From Candidatus Latescibacterota bacterium (GTDB taxonomy: Bacteria; Latescibacterota; UBA2968): a stretch of 64,000 bases of DNA. Of the stretch, positions 21,083 to 29,713 are shown in pieces. The stretch is taken from assembly GCA_965207885.1 (NCBI GenBank), contig OZ242311.1, forward strand, positions 4,704,001 to 4,768,000, given 5' to 3'. Positions within the stretch are counted from its first letter, which is position 1; each line of letters opens with the position of its first letter. The translations under genes were made by a program, and so were the position numbers. A model generated the notes under the pieces. It was not told the origin of the DNA. It did not search any database and saw only the letters and a list, made by a program, of their open reading frames with translations.

Positions 21083-22243
21083 ATGCAGTACAGAGGACGT
21101 TGGGAGAAAATTGAAGACATTGGCGAAGGTGGACAAGGTAAGGTTATCCGTGTCTTAGACAAGCAAAAGGTCCAATTAGATCTTCATGCCTTCACTGAGG
21201 CAATTCAACGCTCTCAGCAGCCGGTGAATCGCGATATAATGGAGGACTGGAAGAAGATACGAAAAGGTATTACCGAAATTGTGCGTGCGGAAAATCCTGT
21301 GAACCACGGCGCGCTCAAAATTCTTCACTCGCCGAATGAAGCTCGGAATTTTGAGGATGCGGAGGAGCGTCTAAAACGCGAGTTAAAGGCTATGCAGCAA
21401 GCCGACCACCAGAATCTGCTAAAGGTTGTGGATTATAACCTTGAGGAGAAGTGGTTCGTCTCGAAATACTATCCAAATGGAACCTTGAAAGACAGATCTA
21501 ATTGGTTCACCGGACAAGTAGAACGCGCTCTAACTGCAATTCGGCCAGTCGTTGCGGGGGTTGCCAGATTGCATAGAAAGGGATTTGTCCATCGTGACAT
21601 CAAGCCAGAGAACATTTTCATAGATGAGCGGGAACAATTGGTACTTGGCGATTTTGGCCTCGTGTTCTTTGAGGATCCAGGACATACGAGAATCAGTGGC
21701 ACCTTCGAAAATGTGGGTAGTACCGACTGGATGCCATTATGGGCTACACGTATGCGTATAGAAAATATAAACCCCAGTTTTGATGTCTTTTCATTGGGTA
21801 AGACCATCTGGTCAATGGTATCGCGCGACCCGATTCTTCTCTTGTGGTATCACCGCAACCCGGAGTTTAATCTTGAGAAAATGTTCCCCGATAGGTCAGA
21901 AATGGCGCTTCTCAATGATTTGCTCGATAAATGCGTTGTCCAATACGAAGAGAACTGCCTCGAAAACACGGGTTTACTACTTAACGAGATTGATAGTCTT
22001 CTCGGTGCCCTGAGACTTGACGCAGATATAATGAGCGATTCTGAACGCCCATGCAGAGTGTGTGGTTTCGGGAAGTATCAACTGAGAGCGAACAGAAACC
22101 ATACTGACATCTACAATTTTGGGTTTGAGCCAAGAGGAGGACATGCGTTCAAGATATTTGCCTGTGATAACTGTGGACACGTTCAACTCTTCTCCTGTCA
22201 ACACGATAGTGATCCTCCGGGATGGATAGGGAGTTCCAATTAG
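21083..22243 (+). CDS. Hanks-type Ser/Thr protein kinase with C-terminal zinc ribbon
   Basis: GEGGQGKV, ALK, HRDIKPEN, DFG, DVFSLG; CRVC...CDNC; GGAGG RBS before ATG 21083. Confidence 0.9.
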   Translation: MQYRGRWEKIEDIGEGGQGKVIRVLDKQKVQLDLHAFTEAIQRSQQPVNRDIMEDWKKIRKGITEIVRAENPVNHGALKILHSPNEARNFEDAEERLKRELKAMQQADHQNLLKVVDYNLEEKWFVSKYYPNGTLKDRSNWFTGQVERALTAIRPVVAGVARLHRKGFVHRDIKPENIFIDEREQLVLGDFGLVFFEDPGHTRISGTFENVGSTDWMPLWATRMRIENINPSFDVFSLGKTIWSMVSRDPILLLWYHRNPEFNLEKMFPDRSEMALLNDLLDKCVVQYEENCLENTGLLLNEIDSLLGALRLDADIMSDSERPCRVCGFGKYQLRANRNHTDIYNFGFEPRGGHAFKIFACDNCGHVQLFSCQHDSDPPGWIGSSN

Positions 22244-22456
22244 TGTTCTACCTGCAGTTTTGGACTCAGTACTTAGCTGTCGAGCATCTCTGGGTAGCGA
22301 TATGATGGGATTGACTATATTATTTAAAAATGTTAGATTTTTGATTCCCAAGTATGCCAATAGCAGAGGCCACGGACATGTCGGACTGACTGTGTGGTAC
22401 TCTGGTACAATAGAATGTGAACAACTTGGGAAGCAATGATAGGAGCAAAGAGGGCA

Positions 22457-22963
22457 ATGACAAGACAACGGGTCTTTTTTAGTTTTCACTATGCACACGA
22501 CAATTGGCGGGCTGCCCAAATTAGAAATGCTGGTGTCGTCGAGGGCAATAAACTCGTCAGCGATAACCAGTGGGAAAGCTATGCCGACACCGCCTCAATC
22601 AAGAAATGGGTAGATAGTCAGCTTACCGAAGCATCCTGTACAATCGTTCTGATTGGAAGTCATACTGCCGAAAGTGACTGGATCCATTATGAAATAATAA
22701 AATCATGGGATGAGGGCAAAGGACTGCTTGGCATCTATGTTCATAATCTTAAGGATCAATACGGGAAACAATCCCTAAAAGGAAAAAACCCTTTTGATAA
22801 CATTAATATCAATGGTCAGATATTGTCAAACGTGGTAAAATCGTACAATCCGCCACATGGCGATAGCAAGGACGCTTACCATTATGTCAAGAGCAAAATC
22901 GCTGGGTGGATAGAGGATGCAATACGCATCCGCAAAAATGTCCAAGGAACAAAAAATGTCTAA
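22457..22963 (+). CDS. TIR domain protein (ThsB/MTH538-like, DUF1863)
   Basis: RVFFSFHY..DNWRA.QIRN.G, SCTIVLIG, W..YEI..SW..GKGLLGI with the catalytic Glu present. Confidence 0.9.
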   Translation: MTRQRVFFSFHYAHDNWRAAQIRNAGVVEGNKLVSDNQWESYADTASIKKWVDSQLTEASCTIVLIGSHTAESDWIHYEIIKSWDEGKGLLGIYVHNLKDQYGKQSLKGKNPFDNININGQILSNVVKSYNPPHGDSKDAYHYVKSKIAGWIEDAIRIRKNVQGTKNV

Positions 22964-23417
22964 TCACTCGAAGTTCGATGGGAATTCCCCCGCTGTCCAA
23001 ACTCATCTGTCCACCCTTCAAGGGACCATCGGGCGAATGGCTACGAATAGTGCCGCTATTAAAACATCGTGTTTGGTATCTGTCGTAGCGGCTATAGCTA
23101 GTCTCGCCATCAGTAATAAGCCCTCTTTGATACTGATTGCCATTATTCCAACAGTCCTTTTCCTATTTCTTGACATCAAATACTTGGCACTGGAACGAGG
23201 TTTTCGGCATTCTTACAACGACTTTGTGGACAAGCTTCATAAACATGGCAAAGTCGAGTTATTAGATCTCTACAAAGTAGTTCCTCGCCGTAGCTGTAAA
23301 GAACTTTTAGCAAGCCTATTTTCTTTTTCAATTTGGCCCTTCTATGGCGCTCTGTTGGTGCTAATCTTTATCATATGGGTATGGGTAACCCCAATCTCTT
23401 GCTTATCACTAAGATGA
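22956..23417 (+). CDS. TIR-associated multi-pass membrane protein (putative effector)
   Basis: About 3 TM segments; HLSTLQGTIGRMATNS..IK and LD.KYL.LER.FR..Y motifs; start overlaps the end of the TIR gene. Confidence 0.75.
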   Translation: MSNHSKFDGNSPAVQTHLSTLQGTIGRMATNSAAIKTSCLVSVVAAIASLAISNKPSLILIAIIPTVLFLFLDIKYLALERGFRHSYNDFVDKLHKHGKVELLDLYKVVPRRSCKELLASLFSFSIWPFYGALLVLIFIIWVWVTPISCLSLR

Positions 23418-23485
23418 GGACATTCTTATTTTAGGTGCTGTACTTTCTTACCTCTCTCGTGTGCTAAAGATTTACCTCCGTGTTC

Positions 23486-23562
23486 CTATTCCATTTCCTC
23501 TTTCCCATGTCCCAATAGTTGCTCCTCGAACCATCGCTTAGTTTTCTGTAGCCCGTTTCAGT
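23486..23562 (-). pseudogene. relic 3' end of a previous S-subunit gene
   Basis: Encodes QKTKRWFEEQLLG..*, matching the S C-terminus QDAKQWFEKQLLG; 27/31 nt identical between 23511-23541 and 24431-24461. Confidence 0.7.
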
Positions 23563-23572
23563 TTATGACAAT

Positions 23573-24418
23573 TCATTGCTGAGCTTCCCACTTTTCCAAA
23601 TATTCATCTAAATGTTTTTCCAAATCCAAACATGCAGTGGGATAATTATCAGTTATACGCTGAGTAGGCCGGCGATTGTGGGCAACGCAATTTCTCATCT
23701 GCTCAATGGGATCCATAAGATTTTTGAGACTGGCAAGAAACTCAGCATCTTCTTCATGCTCAACAGGAACCCGGAGTATTTCGGCACGGAAGGCGTCGTA
23801 TTCTTCTGTATTGTGGATTAACTCCAGTATGTCCGTGGCCGTCAGTTTGGACTTTGGACGCTGGTTCAGATTTATATATTGTTTAAAATTCAAGTGAAAA
23901 AACTGGTTCTCAGTTGCGATTTTCATCTGATCCTGCGTTTGTCTCCCTATAGTTTTGACTGTCTCCTCTCGAAGTAAGTTAAAGGGATCCTTGCCCTGGT
24001 AGGCATTCAGATAGATAATTGATAGGACGCGGCGCAACTTCATCTCCAACGCGAAAATCTCTTTGGCGTAAACAGCGAGTTCGCTTCGAAGCAATGGGTC
24101 CTCGAATTTCACGACGTGGAAGATAGGTGGGGTATCAGGAAGGGATGTGGCGAATTCATCAACGACCTCTCTGATAGACTCTATTTCGTCGGACAGTTCA
24201 AGAGCGAAGCCAATCAGATGATGGTGGGGCGTTATACCACCATCATCTGTAATCTCGCCACCGGAACGCTCGTAGCGAAATTCGATCATGTCGGCTATGG
24301 CGTCTTCATCAAATAAGTTAGAATTATTATACAACGCTTCGCTAAGCAAATTCGTAAGTATTTGTTGGATGTTCGTATCCAGTGCAGGATGGCAGGCGAT
24401 AAGGAATTCAAAGGTCAT
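23573..24418 (-). CDS. HEPN-domain protein (Swt1/ApeA-like putative RNase)
   Basis: LEMKLRR helix and C-terminal RNCVAH (Rx4H); ATG overlaps the S stop (ATGA). Confidence 0.75.
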   Translation of the reverse strand: MTFEFLIACHPALDTNIQQILTNLLSEALYNNSNLFDEDAIADMIEFRYERSGGEITDDGGITPHHHLIGFALELSDEIESIREVVDEFATSLPDTPPIFHVVKFEDPLLRSELAVYAKEIFALEMKLRRVLSIIYLNAYQGKDPFNLLREETVKTIGRQTQDQMKIATENQFFHLNFKQYINLNQRPKSKLTATDILELIHNTEEYDAFRAEILRVPVEHEEDAEFLASLKNLMDPIEQMRNCVAHNRRPTQRITDNYPTACLDLEKHLDEYLEKWEAQQ

Positions 24419-25826
24419 GGTGAAGGAGAGCCTAAGAGTTGCTTCTCGAACCATTGCTTAGCGTCCTGCCAGCCGGATTCGGCTTCGGAACGAAGGCGAC
24501 GGGATTCTTCGCGGCGGTGGCTAACTTCGGCGGTGATCATTGACTGAGTGGAAGCATCCATTTTGGGGAAAGGAATTTTTAAAAGATCATCGCCATCTAA
24601 TCGGAACCGACTGGGTGTTGCGCCTCTACTTAACTGATACATGATTTTACGGTATAGGTCTGTTCGTAGTAACCATAGAATTGCTTCTGGCTGATGCCTT
24701 TGATTGCATCGCAAAACTAAAAACTCCGCTGAGGCAATCATTCTTCTTTCTTGTTTTGGGCAAAGAACAAATTTTGCATTAAGAATGGTAGGACCAAGTC
24801 TCGCAATAAGAATATCATTTTCCTGAACCTCAAAGAACGTCCCAGTAATATTCTTGCCCTTCTCGGTCCTAACAGTTTCGACTTGCCAGGGTTGGTTTGG
24901 TAGATCATCTATTCGTATCAAGTCAAATTGTTCTTCTGGTGAGTCCTTAGCGGGAGAGTATTTCTTTTTTACTAGAGATCCCACTATGCCGACAGTATCT
25001 TCAAATGGAAGACACTTCTCAAGTTGTAGTCCGCGATAACGCTCCGCGTTCATTACATTGGTCAGGTCTTTTGCATGAATTGCAAAGATATTTTTGGGTT
25101 GGGATGGTGGCCTAATGCCAAGGGTTTCCATAACGAAGTCGTCTAGACCTGACAGCAGCGAGTTAGCTTTTTCCAGCTTACCCTTTCGTTCAACTCGTGC
25201 CTCATCCATTACTGCGGCTAGTTCCATTTGGCGAGTTTCTGAAAATTTCGGAAATGGAAGAGTCTCAAGAAAATTAGCTGGAACTCGTTGTTGACCCGCT
25301 GAACCTGTAAAGGCATAAGTCGCAATGCGGCGCAACGTGTCTTGACTAATAAACTCAAAGACGAATTTTGGCAATATACCGGGGGCACGCACTCTAAGAA
25401 CATGGAACTCGGTCGAGCCGAAACCCACACCGTTTGGTAATCCATCTACTATGCACGATTTGCCATTTTGCATACATGGCGTAATCTTTGCCCACAGTAT
25501 ATCCCCATTGATGAAAGGAGAATATCCTTTTCGTACCTCTTTGAGTGGTCTGTTCGCAATCGTATATTGCCCTATGGTGTTGTCTGAAACCGCTTGCATT
25601 GGAATAAAACCAACAAGATCATCAGCGTCCAACCCAGAGACATCTGCTGATGGATTAACATCAACATACATCGATAGCGGATTAATAGCTGTTGGATTAC
25701 TGCCAAGCCTATTCAGAAAGAGTCGAATTTCTGGCGCATAACGTGAGGGACTAAATGAAAGTCCATCCACTTCGCCCCGCTTCACTGCAAAACATTGAGC
25801 CTTGCCAAGTTGGGCGGGGCTTATAC
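24415..25826 (-). CDS. restriction-modification specificity (S) subunit with two TRDs; no convincing own start
   Basis: TRD1 DILWAKITPCMQNGK, FGSTEFHV, GSAGQQRV; TRD2 DILIARLGP, SAEFLV; helical spacers. The 5' end given is the predicted frameshift junction. Confidence 0.85.
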
Positions 25827-25848
25827 GAAAAAAGGTGTGGGATCCTTC
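25774..25848 (-). promoter_or_regulatory. candidate programmed -1 ribosomal frameshift signal
   Basis: Minus strand: GAAGGA, 9 nt, T_TTT_TTC (25833-25827), 6-nt spacer, stem GCCCCGC(25820-14)/GCGGGGC(25780-74). Confidence 0.6.
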
Positions 25849-27833
25849 TGAAATTCCTGCCACTGACCAACGAGACCTGTGCCGGGAATTATTTCTCGGC
25901 GGCGTTCGCTCCAACCAGATTCTTTGGGATTCACTGTGATCCACTCATAAAACACGCGGTAGTCAAATAGATCGCAGCTATGTCGCTCTATCTTCTCCAC
26001 GCCTGCTTTTTCCTTCTCGACGCTCACTGCAAAAGTTTTGCGTCCGGTAGCATCGTAACCGATATTTTCAGCCAATGCCATGAAGATGGGTTTTTCATCG
26101 GGTACATTCTCGCCGTTGTCCAAACGGCGCAGAAAGATAATACTTGTCTTTACCCCTGCGTCGTAGTGCTGAAAGGCGAACTGCGGAAGACTAACTACGG
26201 CCAGAAGTTGGAAGTGTTTCAGTATCCAATGCCGCACACCTTCGAGGGATGAGTTGGTTAGGATACCATCGGGTAACACCACAGCGGCGCGGCCTGTACC
26301 GGGTTTGAGAAAGGCGTGTACCCGTTCCAAGAATAGGATCTCCGTTTTAACGCTGGTGCGTGCTTTCAATGCTTTTGCACCGTTTTTTGCGCTTGTGCCA
26401 TCCCCATTCCTATTCGGGCGACCAGGATAGTTTTTGCTGAGGTATGCCTGCAATTCGAACTGATCCAGATAACCATCTCCTTTTTCAGTGCGTCTGATGA
26501 CAGATCCGAAAGGCGGGTTGGTGAGAATTAGATCAAATTTGCCTTCGTCCAAGCCGAGATTCTTGCCGTGAATCTTGTTGAGAAAATCCAGGGCATCGTG
26601 ACCGACAATGTTGGTGTGACCATCGTCGTGAATAATCATGTTCATCTTTGCAACGCGGGCGAGTTCGTCATTTACCTCAATGCCGAAGAGGTTCTTTTCG
26701 GCGAAGTCATGCCAATATTGAAAATGCTGAATACTCTCTGGAGTAAAACGTTGGTTAGCCTCGCGGCGAACGTGGTCAAGGGCGTAGAGCAGGAAGCCGC
26801 CAGAGCCACAAGCGGGATCGAGAACAAGGTCGTCGCGTTTTGGATCAAACATCTCAACAGCGAAGGCTATTAGTTCGCGGGGTGTGAAGTACTGGCCGAA
26901 GTCACCCTTGAAGAAGCCTCCCATAAACTCCTCGAAAGCCACGCCTTTGGTATCCAGTTCCGTGCGGTCGAGTGAGATGCCCTCCAGATGCTCCACACAC
27001 TGAGCCAAAATAGGCGGGTCAATATTGATGTGATCAGTGAAAACATCAGGTTCGCGTTGTTGTTCAGCGTCGTAGAGCCGGTTAATGCGCTCGGCGAGAT
27101 CAATAGCGGTTTCTCCATCGCTGCGCTGAAAGTCATAGGGTTGACCCTCTTGCCTTTCCAGATTTTTTTCGTCGCGATGTTTGATAAAGACCAGCTTGGA
27201 AAACTCGCCAAATGCGGCGATAGGACTACGGCGTCCACCCTCCCACAGTGTTTGATGGCACTTGCGGATCGCTGCGCGGAGTTCTTCTCGTGGGATCGCG
27301 GCAAGATCGCGGCCCGGCCTGTCCTTCAAGAAACGCCATTTGGGTGGCCTGCCGTAGTTTACCGGAATATCAGTGAGAAGGTTTCGATCCCGCTCTCCGG
27401 GGGGAAATTTGTCGAAGCGCAATAGGCGGCGGGTAAGACCAGCGATGGCACCACAGTATTTTGCTGCCAAACTGGCGCGATAGCCACAGGCTTGTTCGAT
27501 GGATTGGTTGAACTCTGCGTCGGATACGTCTGCACGTTTGCACTCGAAAACGAAATACGGGGACTTGTGTTCGTCGTCTTCATAAATGACGAGGTCTGCA
27601 TAATTACTTGGCGTCCTCCCTGGAACACTGACTTCAAATCCAATTCGATTTGGCGGATATTGATATTTACAAATAAGCTCTGCCCATAGTTCAGCGCGGA
27701 CTTTTTCCTCTGGGTCAGTCCATTGTTCAGAGCGGTTGGCTGCAATGTAGCGAATGCGTTCGGACGTACCCTCGCCAGTAATTTCAGCGTATTTACGGTC
27801 AAAGGCCTGGTCGAGAAAATTTTTATAATTCAT
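25821..27833 (-). CDS. fused restriction endonuclease-N6 adenine methyltransferase (HSDR_N + N6_Mtase; type IIG/IIB-like)
   Basis: PEEKVR, YADLVIY..FECK nuclease motifs; GQYFTPR, DPACGSGGFL, NPPF, VLPDGIL. Confidence 0.92.
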   Translation of the reverse strand: MNYKNFLDQAFDRKYAEITGEGTSERIRYIAANRSEQWTDPEEKVRAELWAELICKYQYPPNRIGFEVSVPGRTPSNYADLVIYEDDEHKSPYFVFECKRADVSDAEFNQSIEQACGYRASLAAKYCGAIAGLTRRLLRFDKFPPGERDRNLLTDIPVNYGRPPKWRFLKDRPGRDLAAIPREELRAAIRKCHQTLWEGGRRSPIAAFGEFSKLVFIKHRDEKNLERQEGQPYDFQRSDGETAIDLAERINRLYDAEQQREPDVFTDHINIDPPILAQCVEHLEGISLDRTELDTKGVAFEEFMGGFFKGDFGQYFTPRELIAFAVEMFDPKRDDLVLDPACGSGGFLLYALDHVRREANQRFTPESIQHFQYWHDFAEKNLFGIEVNDELARVAKMNMIIHDDGHTNIVGHDALDFLNKIHGKNLGLDEGKFDLILTNPPFGSVIRRTEKGDGYLDQFELQAYLSKNYPGRPNRNGDGTSAKNGAKALKARTSVKTEILFLERVHAFLKPGTGRAAVVLPDGILTNSSLEGVRHWILKHFQLLAVVSLPQFAFQHYDAGVKTSIIFLRRLDNGENVPDEKPIFMALAENIGYDATGRKTFAVSVEKEKAGVEKIERHSCDLFDYRVFYEWITVNPKESGWSERRREIIPGTGLVGQWQEFQKDPTPFFV

Positions 27834-28036
27834 AATTGTTCCTCAAACTGAGATATTTCGGCTTTGAAGTAGCTACTTGTGTGTAATATAATGGAAAGAG
27901 GGAAAAACGGACTGGATTACTATGTGGTAGTGTGGCTATCGCTAGCTCCACAGCGTGGCGCGTACTCCCTTACGACTGAATACGCCTGAGAAATTTACTG
28001 TATCACAGCAACTTACGACACCTATTTTTGGAGCGT

Positions 28037-28100
28037 GTCACTCCGGCGAAAGCCACAACCAGCCCCTATTCCTCTGGATTCCTGCTTTCGCAGGAATGAC
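28037..28100 (+). repeat. REP-like palindromic element
   Basis: Degenerate GTCACTCCGGCGAAAGCC plus CTGG-ATTCCTGC-TTTC-GCAGGAAT-GAC (28074-28100). Confidence 0.7.
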
Positions 28101-28160
28101 ATATTGAGTTTCTTGCATGCATAAACCGGTAGTGCCGGGATCAGATACTAACTCTTGCCT

Positions 28161-29669
28161 TTATCTCATTCTCACCTCAGCGACAGGCGTTCCCGCTGCC
28201 CCGTCGAGCATGAGACTGCTCGCTCTGGCAAGGGTGGCTGATATGTTTTCGAGGCTTTGGCCGTCGAAGGATTGACCGCCAATGATTTTGGGGCTGATAA
28301 TGAGTGCCTGGCCAGCAGGTTCATCGAATAGGGCGAATGTCACGCCGCTGCCATAGCGCGCCATAGCGCTCATTGTGTCGTGAAATTGGGAGATGGTTTG
28401 AGTAGAGACATCGCCGACTTTCATTTCGATAAAGACAATATCGGGAAGTGCGGCATCCATGGCTTTTTGCGCGACCTCGATGATGAATGTGCTACCGAGT
28501 TTGCGGCTTTCTTCGCTGTCCATCAATACGCCGGATACCAGCCGACCAAATGCCTCATCTTTGATGATTTTTTTGAGTTTGAGAGCTTCCGGGGTCAGCT
28601 TGGGTTTGACTATGCGGTCGATATATCGCTGCGATTTGCCCTGTTTTATGGCTGTGCCGAGTTGTTCTTCTATGGTGCCTGCGATTTTTTCGAGGCTGGG
28701 TGCGTTGACGGCAGAAGGGCTGTATCTGGTACCATAGCCCTTGGTTTTGCTAACTATGGGGGGGATTTCTTTTTCCCCAGATTGATAGAAAGCCAGTGTG
28801 CGCGTATGGGTTTTGTCCTCGACGGCTTTGTTGTGATATTCAAATAGCGAAGGGATTTTGAGATTTTTGCCTTTGATTGCATTGGGTGAAGCCGTTTGAA
28901 CGGTGGTCATCCAATCGCGCGATTTTTTGCCGTAGTCGATATTGTTAAATAATGCCCCTCTGTACGTCAGATAGGCGGGGATATTCGATCCCGACCCCGA
29001 TCCGGTGACCGCAATGATGACCACGCCTTTGGGCAAGCCCTGGTCTGGTAGGACAAAAGATTCGAAAGCGTGTTCGATCATGGCGTATTGAGCAGGTGTA
29101 AAGTCGGTGATATTCAGACTGGGACCTCCGCGTCCACCTCCACCTCCACCGCCGCGTGCTCCTTGTCCTCGTCGGCCCCCCTGTCCACCGCCGCGCACTC
29201 CTTGTCCCTGGCGCTCCTGTCCACCACCGCGTGCTCCTTGCCCTTGCCCCCGACGTCCCTGTCTGCCGCCCTGCAGTGCCTGAAATTCGCGCAAGATATT
29301 GCCGAATACCGCGTTAAATTCCTGGCGATCGGTGTTGAGGATTTTGCGAAAAAAGAGTTCGAGTTGCTGGTGGCGAACGGGAAACAGATCGTCCCATTTT
29401 TTAGCCTGATCGAGTATGTACATCTGTATGGGGGCTGGCATTTGGTTGAGAATCTGCGCGTTGGCTTCGAGGAGTTTTTGGGCATCCCAGGGGTATTCGG
29501 CAAATTGTCTGCGTTGCTGGGGGCTCAAATCTGCGCGTCCACCACCGCCGCCGCCGCGTCCACCACCGCCACGTCCACCCCCTCCGCGCTGTGCGTAAAT
29601 ATCTGACAGGTCCAAGGCGCATAGTGCCGCGCCCATCAGTAAGATCGATATCCATCTTGAAGGTCGCAT
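28161..29669 (-). CDS. secreted protein with Gly/Arg-rich tracts and degenerate alkaline-phosphatase-like C-terminal domain
   Basis: GGGAGG RBS, signal peptide, two RGG-rich tracts; C-terminal half follows the AlkP-superfamily motif order without the ligands. Confidence 0.65.
   Translation of the reverse strand: MRPSRWISILLMGAALCALDLSDIYAQRGGGGRGGGGRGGGGGGRADLSPQQRRQFAEYPWDAQKLLEANAQILNQMPAPIQMYILDQAKKWDDLFPVRHQQLELFFRKILNTDRQEFNAVFGNILREFQALQGGRQGRRGQGQGARGGGQERQGQGVRGGGQGGRRGQGARGGGGGGGRGGPSLNITDFTPAQYAMIEHAFESFVLPDQGLPKGVVIIAVTGSGSGSNIPAYLTYRGALFNNIDYGKKSRDWMTTVQTASPNAIKGKNLKIPSLFEYHNKAVEDKTHTRTLAFYQSGEKEIPPIVSKTKGYGTRYSPSAVNAPSLEKIAGTIEEQLGTAIKQGKSQRYIDRIVKPKLTPEALKLKKIIKDEAFGRLVSGVLMDSEESRKLGSTFIIEVAQKAMDAALPDIVFIEMKVGDVSTQTISQFHDTMSAMARYGSGVTFALFDEPAGQALIISPKIIGGQSFDGQSLENISATLARASSLMLDGAAGTPVAEVRMR
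29145..29243. repeat. three imperfect 36-39 nt coding repeats (GQG[A/V]RGGG)
   Basis: TCCACC(G/A)CCGCG..CTCCTTG(T/C)CC at 29145, 29184 and 29220. Confidence 0.8.
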
Positions 29670-29713
29670 GGTTGCCTCCCGTGTGAAGAGATGACGCGTT
29701 TTCATACATCGTT

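Noticed and set aside
25827-25944. ORF-track start of the S subunit at ATG 25944
   Set aside because: It would overlap the methyltransferase by over 120 nt, encodes non-S-like sequence and lacks an RBS.
29128-29270. Repeats resembling a mini-CRISPR
   Set aside because: In-frame, imperfect Gly-rich coding repeats with no unique spacers and no cas genes.
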